DNA from: Desulfurivibrionaceae bacterium
GTDB taxonomy: Bacteria; Desulfobacterota; Desulfobulbia; Desulfobulbales; SURF-16
NCBI GenBank assembly: GCA_041556375.1
Contig: JBFFIS010000001.1
Location: 1-29,679 of the forward strand
Direction of reading: 5' to 3'
DNA length: 29,679 bases
Of this stretch, positions 1-8,908 are shown piece by piece; within the stretch, counting starts at the first letter, position 1, and every line of letters begins with the position of its first letter. The position numbers and the translations under genes were made by a program. The notes below the pieces were generated by a model, which had not been told where the DNA came from, ran no database searches, and saw nothing but the letters and a program-made list of their open reading frames with translations.

Positions 1-271
1 ACACCCGGTTCCAGGCCTTGGAGGTTTTTGACTCCACCCAGAGAAAGGGGGCGCCGGTGTCGCTGCCGCGCTTATGGCAACTCTGGCACAGGCTCTTGAA
101 TGTCTTGCCGCCCTGGCCCCAGGAGCTGCTCGCCCATTCCAGGGGGCCATCGCCAATGACCCTGCAGGTCTTGGTGGTTTCATCATAACGGGTTTCAGGG
201 CGGGCCTGGGCCTGGGTGGCGAGCCCTACTATCAATAAAACAACCAGTGCTATTGCTGCTCCCTGCTTCAT
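1..271 (-). CDS. Secreted c-type cytochrome (partial; 3' end runs off the window start)
   Basis: Not in the ORF track; translated by hand. GGAGG RBS, then ATG at 271: MKQGAAIALVVLLIVGLATQAQA|RPETRYDETTKTCRVIGDGPLEWASSSWGQGGKTFKSLCQSCHKRGSDTGAPFLWVESKTSKAWNRV. It has a signal peptide (AQA) and a CxxCH motif (CQSCH), with no stop before base 1. Confidence 0.82.
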   Translation of the reverse strand, partial: MKQGAAIALVVLLIVGLATQAQARPETRYDETTKTCRVIGDGPLEWASSSWGQGGKTFKSLCQSCHKRGSDTGAPFLWVESKTSKAWNRV

Positions 272-335
272 GGTTACCTCCTCTCGTGCCGTTGGCATAA
301 GAGTACCCCGTGGCCCCTTGCTGACGACAAAAATA

Positions 336-355
336 ATTGTACTAATCAGTACAAT
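336..355. promoter_or_regulatory. Palindromic operator, probable TetR binding site
   Basis: ATTGTACT-aatc-AGTACAAT is a perfect 8-bp inverted repeat in the AT-rich spacer between the divergent cytochrome and TetR genes. Confidence 0.7.
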
Positions 356-388
356 AAGATAACCTCGGCAAAGAGGGAGTCAAGTTTT

Positions 389-406
389 TTGTAATGATCG
401 GTAAAG
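389..406. promoter_or_regulatory. Degenerate second copy of the TetR operator
   Basis: TTGTAATGATCGGTAAAG matches TTGTACTAATCAGTACAA at 13/18 positions and lies about 20 nt upstream of the TetR start. Confidence 0.5.
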
Positions 407-425
407 AATGAGGGTTGGGTCAGCA

Positions 426-1013
426 ATGGGTAGAGCAAGACAGTTTGATGAAGATACGGCCCTGGCGGCGGCCATGCATCTCTTTTGGGCCAAGGGCTAT
501 GCCGCTACCTCCCTGCAGGATCTGGAAGAGGCCACCGGCCTGAAGCGCACCAGTATCTACAACACCTTTGGCAATAAGCGCCGCATCTTTCAAAAGACCC
601 TGGCCCTCTACCGCCTCCAGGTGGAAGAGTTGCTGACCACCATCATGGCTGAGGCCCCGACCTGCAAGGAGGCCATGGCGCGCTGGTTTGCGGCGGTTAT
701 CGATATGCATTTTAGCAAGGAAAAGCCAGGGGGCTGCCTGATGATTCTCTCTGTGTTGGAGGGTGGTCAGCACGATCAGCAAACCAAGGATATGGCCGCT
801 GCCCTCTTTCACAAGGAGCGCGATCTGGTAGAGGCCCGTCTGCAGAGGGGGGTTGCTGAGGGTGAACTTGCCGAGGATTTTGACTGCCGGGCCGTGGCCG
901 CTACCATTGCCGCGGCTAGCTCAGGCATCATGGTTCTGGCCATGGCCGACTATCCACGGGAAGCCCTGGAAGGCATTGGTCGCACCAGCCTCGGGCTCCT
1001 GGGTCAGGACTGA
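426..1013 (+). CDS. TetR/AcrR family transcriptional regulator (NemR/ComR-like subgroup)
   Basis: N-terminal MGRARQFDEDTAL...FWAKGYAATSLQDLEEATGLKRTSIYNTFGNKRRIF HTH and the conserved GCL motif in the C-terminal domain. The ATG at 426 is preferred over 408. Confidence 0.93.
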   Translation: MGRARQFDEDTALAAAMHLFWAKGYAATSLQDLEEATGLKRTSIYNTFGNKRRIFQKTLALYRLQVEELLTTIMAEAPTCKEAMARWFAAVIDMHFSKEKPGGCLMILSVLEGGQHDQQTKDMAAALFHKERDLVEARLQRGVAEGELAEDFDCRAVAATIAAASSGIMVLAMADYPREALEGIGRTSLGLLGQD

Positions 1014-1163
1014 GGCCTTCCGGGCTAAGGCGAGGAAATTATTTCACTTTTCGATCGCCAATAGAATATACTGGTCCGCATACTAAGAGTAGGTCCGGGC
1101 TCGGCCAAAGAACAATCCTCCGGCCGCGACCACCCCTTTGCCAATCCTCAAGCGGAGTAGCCC

Positions 1164-1613
1164 ATGCCCCTTTCACCGCAGCTTATCTGGTTTCTTGTCG
1201 GCGTCGCCTTTCTGATAGGCGAAATGGCCTTACCCGGCTTCATCCTCATCTTTTTTACCGCCGGTAGCTGGATTACCGCCCTCGTCACCTTGACGACCAA
1301 TATCAGCGTTACCGGCCAGGTCATCGTCTTTGTTGTTAATTCACTCATTTTGCTCTTTGCCCTGCGGAGATACAGCCTCAAGACCTTTAAGGGCACGACC
1401 CGCGATGATGTTGATGATCGCTATATGGACGCGAAAATAGGTCAGACGGCCCAGGTTACCAAGGCCATCAGCCCCCATGTGGCCGGCGAGATCAAGGCCA
1501 TGGGCAGTTTCTGGCGGGCCGTTGCCGACGAGGATATTGCCGAGGGCAGCGCCGTTATCATTGACAGCCAGGCCTCGGAAGATAGCCTCACCTTCAAAGT
1601 AAAACCTTTATAA
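1164..1613 (+). CDS. Short NfeD family membrane protein (YbbJ-like, no protease domain)
   Basis: Hydrophobic N-terminus (WFLVGVAFLIGEMALPGFILIFF) and an OB-like C-terminus (GEIKAMGSFWRA...I.EG..V.I); directly upstream of an SPFH gene. Confidence 0.9.
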   Translation: MPLSPQLIWFLVGVAFLIGEMALPGFILIFFTAGSWITALVTLTTNISVTGQVIVFVVNSLILLFALRRYSLKTFKGTTRDDVDDRYMDAKIGQTAQVTKAISPHVAGEIKAMGSFWRAVADEDIAEGSAVIIDSQASEDSLTFKVKPL

Positions 1614-1634
1614 TAAAGAACTAAGGAGAGAAAG

Positions 1635-2576
1635 ATGGGAGAATCATTAGTTGTTGTTGGTGTCATTGCGGTCATCATTATTGTCCTGCTGATCAAAACC
1701 GCCATTATTGTGCCCCAGCGCTCCGAGTTCATTGTCGAGCGCCTCGGTAAGTACAGCAAGACGCTGGGGGCCGGATTTCATATCCTCATCCCCTTTCTTG
1801 ATAATGTCGCCTACCGGCGCTCCCTCAAGGAACAGGTGGTCGACATTCCCTCCCAGGATTGTATCACCACCGATAATGTCTCGGTGTCGGTGGATGGTGT
1901 CCTCTACCTCCAGGTCATGGACAGCAAGCGCTCGGCCTATGGCATTGACGACTATCATTTCGCTGCCAGCCAACTGGCCCAGACCTCGCTGCGCTCGGTG
2001 ATCGGCAAGATTGAGCTTGATCGCACCTTTGAGGAGCGTGAGACCCTGAACCAGAAGGTGGTCAGCGCCATTGACGAGGCCGCTCAGAACTGGGGTATTA
2101 AGGTGCTGCGTTACGAGATTAAGGACATTACCCCGCCCCGCAGCGTTATGGATGCCATGGAAAAACAGATGAAGGCCGAGCGCGAAAAGCGGGCCACCAT
2201 TGCCACCTCCGAGGGTGACAGGCAGTCGCGCATCAACCGGGCTGAGGGCCTGAAGCGCGAGGCCATTGCCGTTTCTGAGGGTGAGAAGGAGAAGAGGATC
2301 AACGAGGCCGAGGGCCAGGCCAAAGAAATTGAACTGGTGGCCCAGGCCACAGCCGAAGGTATCAGGAAAATTGCCGAAACCTTGACCCTCTCAGGCGGTG
2401 AAACCGCGGCCAATCTCCGCGTCGCCGAAAAGTATATCGCTGAATTCGGTAACCTGGCCAAGCAGAATAATACCATGATCATTCCCTCCAACCTTGGCGA
2501 TGTCGCCGGCATGGTGGCCACCGCCATGTCTGTTCTCGGCCAGGGTAAACAGGCCGAACAGACCGTGCAGCTCTAA
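1635..2576 (+). CDS. SPFH/band 7/stomatin-like protein (QmcA-like)
   Basis: IVPQ...IVERLGKY..TL.AGFHILIPFLD, QD.ITTDNVSVSVDGVLY, AQTSLRSVIG, WGIKVLRYEIKDI..P motifs, a coiled-coil region and a band_7_C tail. Confidence 0.95.
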   Translation: MGESLVVVGVIAVIIIVLLIKTAIIVPQRSEFIVERLGKYSKTLGAGFHILIPFLDNVAYRRSLKEQVVDIPSQDCITTDNVSVSVDGVLYLQVMDSKRSAYGIDDYHFAASQLAQTSLRSVIGKIELDRTFEERETLNQKVVSAIDEAAQNWGIKVLRYEIKDITPPRSVMDAMEKQMKAEREKRATIATSEGDRQSRINRAEGLKREAIAVSEGEKEKRINEAEGQAKEIELVAQATAEGIRKIAETLTLSGGETAANLRVAEKYIAEFGNLAKQNNTMIIPSNLGDVAGMVATAMSVLGQGKQAEQTVQL

Positions 2577-2602
2577 GGTGGAAGGGTAGGCGGGCTCAGC
2601 TA

Positions 2603-2642
2603 GAGCAGCCACGAGGGGCAGATAGCCTCCTTTTGGCTGCTC
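2603..2642. terminator. GC-rich hairpin after the nfeD-SPFH operon (possible terminator or stabiliser)
   Basis: GAGCAGCCA...TGGCTGCTC 9-bp arms with inner GAGG/CCTC pairing; no U-tract after the stem. Confidence 0.35.
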
Positions 2643-2741
2643 CGTGGACGCCTCAACAACCACCAGAGGCCTTTATAGTCACCTGACAAAAACATGTATC
2701 TGTGCGGTGTCGATAACGGCAAGGGGCTTTTCATTACCGAC

Positions 2742-2771
2742 TTGACAGCCATGTCGGCCACGACATAGGCT
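2742..2771 (+). promoter_or_regulatory. Candidate sigma70 promoter with a palindrome across the spacer
   Basis: TTGACA-N18-TAGGCT, with ATGTCG-gcca-CGACAT at 2751-2766. Confidence 0.4.
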
Positions 2772-2822
2772 GGAAAAAGAGGGGCCGGGTGCCAAGATCA
2801 ATTTGAACCAGGCATGGAAGAT

Positions 2823-3677
2823 ATGAAGAAGTTTCTTGTTGTTTTTTTGATAAGCTTCAGTGTGCTCAGCTGGTTACCGGCGGCGCAAAAAGCCTGGGCC
2901 CACGAGCCCGTCAACGTCATCAAGTTTGGGGTCTTTCCCTATAAATCACCGCGGACCATTGTCAAGCTCTTCTCACCTATTGCCAAACGGCTGGAAAAGG
3001 CTCTCGGCTTGAAGGTGCAGCTGGTCACCGCCCCTGATTTCCAGACCTATGTTGCCCGGGGTAAACTTGGTGACTATGACCTGGCCCTGCCCTGCGTTAA
3101 TTGTTTTTTTCAGATTCAGGCCAGCGGCTATACGGTCATTGCCAAGGGTGAACCATCTTTCCATGGCGGCACCCTGGTCCGCAAAGACAGCGGTATCGAT
3201 TCCCTTGAGCAACTCAAGGGTAAAAAAATTGCCTCCATCGGCAAGCATTCCTATGCCGGCTACCTGTTTATGGTTGAACAGCTTCATGCAAGGGGTATTG
3301 TCGCCAAGGACGAGGTGGAGTTTCATTTTCTTGGCAAGCTGGACACCGTTATCTACGGTGTTCTCAATAAAAAATATGATGCGGGCACGGTACGCCGCGA
3401 TGCCTTGGAGAGCCCGATTTTTAAGGATCTGCAAGAGGACCTCACGTTCATTTCCACCTCCGCGCCCATCCCCCAGTTCCCCTTTGTGGTCAAAAAAGAT
3501 ATGGCGCCTGACCTGGTTGCCAAAATTCGCCAGGTTCTCACCTCTTTCAGCATGGATAATGCCGACGACAAAAAGGTCTTGCAGAGTTTGCGTCTCACCC
3601 ACATAGGCCCGGCAGTGGACGGCGATTATGCTGCCTTTCGGGTCAAGTTGCACCAGACCCAGGAGCTTTTACGTTAA
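2823..3677 (+). CDS. Phosphate/phosphite/phosphonate-type (PhnD-like) periplasmic substrate-binding protein, stand-alone
   Basis: Signal peptide ending AWA; FGVFPYKSP, PL..LEKALG..V.L, LV.KDSGI.SL.QLKGKKIA, GYL, V.N..YDAG, P.FPFVV motifs. Alternative start at 2814. Confidence 0.85.
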   Translation: MKKFLVVFLISFSVLSWLPAAQKAWAHEPVNVIKFGVFPYKSPRTIVKLFSPIAKRLEKALGLKVQLVTAPDFQTYVARGKLGDYDLALPCVNCFFQIQASGYTVIAKGEPSFHGGTLVRKDSGIDSLEQLKGKKIASIGKHSYAGYLFMVEQLHARGIVAKDEVEFHFLGKLDTVIYGVLNKKYDAGTVRRDALESPIFKDLQEDLTFISTSAPIPQFPFVVKKDMAPDLVAKIRQVLTSFSMDNADDKKVLQSLRLTHIGPAVDGDYAAFRVKLHQTQELLR

Positions 3678-3679
3678 CC

Positions 3680-6319
3680 ATGTCCTTTCGCCTTCGTTAT
3701 CATCTCGTCCTCTATGTCTCTATTCTTACCTTTTTGCTCACTGCGGCAATTGTCAGTCTCTATACCAATCGTCTTAAGGAGCACGCCCTCAAGGGGCTTA
3801 CCCAATACGCCCGTACCATTACGGTCAATACGTCGTTTTCCCTTGCCGACCACCTCTTTGCTGAAAATTATGCGCCCTTGCAGGAGTTTGTTCAGGAGTT
3901 TTCGTCGCGGGTGAATGTTGAGGCCATTGAGATAAGTGATATGCACGGCACTATTCTCGCCGCCTCTGATATTGCCAAGCTGGCCACTCATATGGGGCCG
4001 GATCATGATAATACCTGTCTGCCTGTGGAGCAGGATGATATCTGTGTCTACCTCGCCACCGACATGGAGCAACTGGTAGTGACCGCGCCTATAGCTATTG
4101 AGGATGTTCAGCTCGGCCGGGTACGGGTCTATCTGACCACGAAAGATATGCTGGCCTATGTTGCCGATGTTCAGCGCCAAGGTATTTTAACCGGCTTTTT
4201 GTGTTGGCTTTTTGCCATGCTTCTCGGCTTTTTTACCCTGGAAAGGCTGACCAAGCCGATGCGCAACTTTGTCAAGGTCACCGAGAGCATCAGCCGTGGC
4301 GAGTTTGATGTCGAGCTGCCGAAAACAAAGTGGGTCCTGGAGCTCGACAAATTTTCAGAGGCCTTGGGGGTGATGGCCAAAGCCATTGCCCACCGCGAAC
4401 AGGAGTTGATGAAATCCGAAGAAAAGTTTCGCCACCTCTTTGAGCGGGCCTTGGAAGGGTTTTTTGTCGCTGACAGTGGCGGGGCGATTTTGGATGTCAA
4501 TCCGGCCTGTGTTGCCATGCTGGGCGCCGATAGGGAAGAGGAGCTGCTGGGCTGTAATCTTTTTGAAGACCTCTTTCTTGACAACGACCATGTCCGTGCC
4601 TTTCAGGAAAAGATCGCCAGTCAGGGTTTTGTCAAAGGCTTTGAGCTCTTTATGCAGAAGATCAACGGCGAGGCCATCATCGTCTCTCTTTCCTGCCATG
4701 CCGTAGAAGGGGGGGAGGCCTCAACTATCACCTATGAGGGGATGGTGCGGGATATTACGGCCCAGAAGGAGGCCGAGCAGGAGGTGGTGCGGATAGGTAA
4801 CTACCTCAACAATATAATTGAATCTATGCCCTCCATGCTCATTGCCGTGGACGAGAACAGCATTATCACCCAGTGGAATTCCGCCGCCTATCAGCTCTCG
4901 GGAATAGCCTCTGCCCAGGCCATTGGCCGGCGGATCTGGGATATTGTCCCCTTTTTCCAAAAGTACAGCGACCATTTCGCCGAGATAAGCAGATGCCGCC
5001 AGCCAGTAAAACTGCCGCGCGAACAGATGAGCGACGGCAGCGAACGTATCTACAATATGACCCTCTTTCCCCTGGTTGCCAACGGCACCAGCGGCATTGC
5101 CATCCGCCTTGACGATATCACCGAGCTCGAGTCCAAGGAGCAGCAGCTCCGCCAGGCCCAGAAGATGGAGTCCATCGGCACCCTGGCCGGCGGCCTGGCC
5201 CACGACTTCAATAATGTCTTGGGGGGTATCCTCGGTAACCTTTCGCTCATGCAGTTTCGGTTGGATGCCGGCGAAGAGATCAACAGCGATAAGCTCCAGG
5301 AATATCTGGATAGAATGACCGTGGCCGGCAATCGGGCTGCGGACATGGTTCGCCAGCTCTTGACCCTTTCCCGCCAGCAGAAGATCGACCTGGTACCGGT
5401 CAACCTCAACCTGTCCATCAAGCATGTCAGGAAGATCTGTGAAAATACCTTTGATAAATCGGTGGAAATTGTCTGCCATCCGGCCCAACAGGAGGCGCGG
5501 GTGCTCGCCGATCCCACCCAGATTGAGCAGGTGGTTCTCAACCTCTGCATAAATGCCGGCCATGCCATGACCCTCATGCGCGACAACGAGCCCTGGGGCG
5601 GCACGCTCACCATGGGCCTGGAGTTGATTGAGGTCGATGACGCCTTTCGCAAAACCCATCAGGAGGCCAGTGCTGACAGCTACTGGCGGTTGTCGGTGAG
5701 CGATACCGGCGTGGGCATGAGCACCAAGACTGTCTCGAAGATATTCGATCCCTTTTTCACCACCAAAGAGCAAGGCAAGGGCACGGGCCTTGGCCTGGCC
5801 ATGGCCTATAATATCATCAAGCAGCTGGGAGGCTTTATCGATGTCTACTCCGAGGTCGGCCTTGGCTCAACCTTTGTTGTCTATTTGCCGCTTCTGACTC
5901 AAGACCTGAAGCCGGTTGAGGTCGGCCATCAAGAGGCGACGGCAGCAGGGCAGGGCGTTGTGCTGGTGGTTGATGATGATGACCTGATGCGGGAAACGGC
6001 CACCGAGATTCTCGAGTCGGTGGGCTATACGGTGCTGACCGCCAAGAACGGGCAGGAGGCTGTTGAGCTCTACCGGGAGCAGCAGGAGAGTATTGACGTT
6101 GTCATCCTTGATATGGTGATGCCTGTCTTGTCAGGCAGAGAGGCGTATCTGGAGATGTGCAAGATCAACAGTATGGTCAAGGTGGTACTGGTTTCCGGCT
6201 TCCGGCGTGATAGCCGTATCGAGGAGATTCTACAGCTTGGCGTTAAGAGTTTCCTGCAAAAACCCTATACCATGCAACGGCTGGCCAAGGCAGTTCAGGA
6301 GATCATCACCTCTTCGTAA
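3680..6319 (+). CDS. Hybrid sensor histidine kinase (TM-periplasmic-TM-HAMP-PAS-PAS-HisKA-HATPase-REC)
   Basis: H-box LAGGLAHDFNN, QIEQVVLNLCINA, DTGVGM, IFDPFFTTK, GTGLGL; receiver VLVVDDD...DMVMP..SG...KP. Confidence 0.95.
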   Translation: MSFRLRYHLVLYVSILTFLLTAAIVSLYTNRLKEHALKGLTQYARTITVNTSFSLADHLFAENYAPLQEFVQEFSSRVNVEAIEISDMHGTILAASDIAKLATHMGPDHDNTCLPVEQDDICVYLATDMEQLVVTAPIAIEDVQLGRVRVYLTTKDMLAYVADVQRQGILTGFLCWLFAMLLGFFTLERLTKPMRNFVKVTESISRGEFDVELPKTKWVLELDKFSEALGVMAKAIAHREQELMKSEEKFRHLFERALEGFFVADSGGAILDVNPACVAMLGADREEELLGCNLFEDLFLDNDHVRAFQEKIASQGFVKGFELFMQKINGEAIIVSLSCHAVEGGEASTITYEGMVRDITAQKEAEQEVVRIGNYLNNIIESMPSMLIAVDENSIITQWNSAAYQLSGIASAQAIGRRIWDIVPFFQKYSDHFAEISRCRQPVKLPREQMSDGSERIYNMTLFPLVANGTSGIAIRLDDITELESKEQQLRQAQKMESIGTLAGGLAHDFNNVLGGILGNLSLMQFRLDAGEEINSDKLQEYLDRMTVAGNRAADMVRQLLTLSRQQKIDLVPVNLNLSIKHVRKICENTFDKSVEIVCHPAQQEARVLADPTQIEQVVLNLCINAGHAMTLMRDNEPWGGTLTMGLELIEVDDAFRKTHQEASADSYWRLSVSDTGVGMSTKTVSKIFDPFFTTKEQGKGTGLGLAMAYNIIKQLGGFIDVYSEVGLGSTFVVYLPLLTQDLKPVEVGHQEATAAGQGVVLVVDDDDLMRETATEILESVGYTVLTAKNGQEAVELYREQQESIDVVILDMVMPVLSGREAYLEMCKINSMVKVVLVSGFRRDSRIEEILQLGVKSFLQKPYTMQRLAKAVQEIITSS

Positions 6320-6402
6320 ATGAAGGACGATGGCCTGGCCAAGCGTACTCTGCTTTCTTCCCCAAAAAACACAGACGAGAAATGGCCGCCAGGCCGCGCT
6401 GT

Positions 6403-7602
6403 TCACCGGCTCTTTCGGGCCCAGGCCAGGGTTTTGATGAGGATGATGATGGTCAGCATCAGCAGGGTGGAGACGCCGGCTAGGCCTTGATAGACGGCGG
6501 GGAAACCCCAGGATGTCTGGACCAGGCCTACCATTTTGACGCTAAGCGCCCCCACCCCGAAGGTAAGGATGAACTTCATGCCATAGGCCGAGCTCAGGAA
6601 GTTGGCCGGGGTCAGGCGGGCCACCAGGGTGTTTTCCAGGGGCTGCATGCCGAGCAGGAAAAAGCCGTGGATCATGGCAAAGAAGACCAGCATGCCGTTG
6701 GCGCTAGCAGCCATGGCCAGGGCCATGGGAATGGTGAGCACATGAAAAAGCAGGTAGCCGCTGGTCAGCCGAAAGCGTTCGCCCACCCAGCCACCGGTGT
6801 ACTGGCCGGCCATACCGACGAAGTAGATGAGCGAGGTTAGAAGAGTGGCCACCACATTGGCCGAGCCCAGGCCGCCGGTGAGGTTGGTCAGAGAGTGGTA
6901 GAGATCGCTGTTTTGTAGTTCAAAATAGGCGGGTAGGGTCACCGAGGTGCCGCGGTAGACAATGCCGCCCAGGGTCATGGCCAGCAGCAGGACGACAAAG
7001 GCGGCCAGAGAGTTGCCCTGGTTCTTTTTGGTGTTTGCCACGGCGCCTCCGGACTCGGCGCTGCTTAAGGCCAGGAGAATAAGACCGAGAAGGTTCATGA
7101 AGCCGAGCACCACATAGACCATGCGGGTGCCCCAGAAATAGTTGACCGTGCCTGCCAACAGCGGCGCAATGGCCAGGCCGAGGTTGCCGAACATGCCGTT
7201 ATAGGCCATGCCGCGGCTGGTGTTTTTTACCTCTTTGGCAATCCAGCCCAGGCCGGCCGGATGATAGATTCCAGAAAAAAGGCCGATACCGGCCAGGGCC
7301 AGCCAGAGCACATCAGGGTTGCCGATATTGGCAGCAGCCCAGAAGCCGCAAAGGCCGGCGCCCAGGTGGAAAATGCCGAGCAAACGGCGGGGCCCGAAAC
7401 GGTCGGCGGCCAGGCCCCAAGGCAGGGCAGAGAGGCCAAAGAGCAGGTACATCCAGAACGACAGGGCCAGGGTGGTGGTCAGGGAGTATTGCAGAGAACC
7501 GGCCAGGGGCAGGAGCACGGCTGGAAAGACCAGCATATTAAAATGGCTCATGAAATGACCAAAGCAGGTCACGCCAAGGATTGACTGTTCGCGGCTGTTC
7601 AT
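6403..7602 (-). CDS. MFS transporter (Fsr-like)
   Basis: About 12 hydrophobic segments; motif A GLAADRFGPRR; GIYHPAG; GNLG. Confidence 0.9.
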   Translation of the reverse strand: MNSREQSILGVTCFGHFMSHFNMLVFPAVLLPLAGSLQYSLTTTLALSFWMYLLFGLSALPWGLAADRFGPRRLLGIFHLGAGLCGFWAAANIGNPDVLWLALAGIGLFSGIYHPAGLGWIAKEVKNTSRGMAYNGMFGNLGLAIAPLLAGTVNYFWGTRMVYVVLGFMNLLGLILLALSSAESGGAVANTKKNQGNSLAAFVVLLLAMTLGGIVYRGTSVTLPAYFELQNSDLYHSLTNLTGGLGSANVVATLLTSLIYFVGMAGQYTGGWVGERFRLTSGYLLFHVLTIPMALAMAASANGMLVFFAMIHGFFLLGMQPLENTLVARLTPANFLSSAYGMKFILTFGVGALSVKMVGLVQTSWGFPAVYQGLAGVSTLLMLTIIILIKTLAWARKSR

Positions 7603-7745
7603 GGCTGCTCACTTAACCTCAAAGTCCCTGGTTGTCCATAATTTTGTTGGTGACCCGGCGGCCAAGAACTGGCATTATAATGGCCCCTTTGCCTGTGGGC
7701 TCTGTAGGATTTTTTAAACATCATGACGATTATGTTCGACGCCAA

Positions 7746-8823
7746 ATGACCTCTTCTGTTCCCTGTAAAATCGATCTTAAAAACCTCACCCTGCCACAAC
7801 TCGGCGATTTTCTTGCAAGTCTCGACCTGCCTGCCAGCCGTGGCCGCCATATCTTGGCCTGGCTGATGCGGCCCGGTAACCATGATCTCAGCGCTATGGC
7901 CGAGGTCAAAAAAGAGATTCGCGACCGCCTCAGGGCCACGGCGACAATCAGCCGCTTGACGCCGATGACGGTGGAGGTCTCGGCGGACGGCACTCGGAAG
8001 TATGCCTTTGCCCTTGCGGATGGCGAAATCATTGAAAGCGTCCTTATTCCCGAAGGCGATCGCCACACCCTCTGCGTCTCCTCCCAGGTGGGCTGCGCCA
8101 TGGCTTGTGCCTTTTGTCTCACCGGTCGTCTGGGATTTAAGCGCAACCTTCTGCCGGCTGAGATTGTCAATCAGGTACTGGCGGTCATAGAGGACATGGT
8201 GGCCCGGGGCCTTGAGCGTGGCACCCATCGTGAGTTTATCAACAACCTGGTCTTTATGGGGATGGGCGAACCCCTGGCCAATTACGACAATCTGATCACC
8301 GCCTTGACCATCCTCATGGCCGAGGAGGGCCTCGGCTTTACGGCGCGGCGGGTGACTGTTTCCACCTGTGGCATTGCCCCGCGGATTGTTGACTTGGGCC
8401 GCGATGCCCGGGTCAATCTGGCCATCTCCCTGCATGCCGCTGATGATGGCATCCGCAGCGAGCTGATGCCGGTGAACAGGACCTATGGCCTTGATACGCT
8501 GCTGGCTGCCTGCCGCGAGTATCCCCTGGGAAAAAAAGGGCGTCATTTTGGTGGAGTATATTCTCATTAAGGATGTTAATGATTCCCTGGCCCAGGCCCA
8601 GGAGCTTGCCGTCAAGCTGGCGGATATGCCCTGTCGGATAAATCTGTTGCCCTATAACGAGAGTGACGACTTGGCCTTTGCTCGGCCTGAAGAACAAACG
8701 ATCCTGGCCTTTCAGAAGGTGCTGCGCGATGCCGGTTTTACCACCCTGGTGCGCCAGAGCCGCGGCAGCGATATCTCCGCCGCCTGTGGTCAGCTCGCTG
8801 GCAAGGCAGATCTGCAGAAATAA
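7746..8823 (+). pseudogene. rlmN: Dual-specificity 23S rRNA/tRNA methyltransferase RlmN, split by a +1 insertion at A7 (8531-8537); real lesion or sequence error
   Basis: Frame 1 has DGTRKY, IESV, CVSSQVGCAMACAFC (CxxxCxxC), FMGMGEP, VSTCG and SLHA. The next frame carries EYILIKDVNDS, NLLPYN and RQSRGSDISAACGQL. Removing one A joins them as YPLGKKGVILVEY. Confidence 0.92.
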
Positions 8824-8908
8824 CCATGATGTGAACGGAAAATCAGGCATGGAAGGCACGGAAAAGTAAAAAAACGTGGCTGAAAAGAAGAGAAAATAAG
8901 GAGTACGA

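Noticed and set aside
4721-5773. 350-aa antisense ORF, plus other long antisense ORFs (11022-11975, 16299-17249, 24431-25609, 26175-27233, 7599-8615, 18425-19090)
   Set aside because: They are shadow ORFs fully opposite well-supported genes, as expected from GC-rich codon bias, and show no recognisable motifs.
7632-7745. Upstream extension of rlmN
   Set aside because: Homology begins at KIDLKNLT; ATG 7746 is preferred and the extension overlaps the divergent promoter region.
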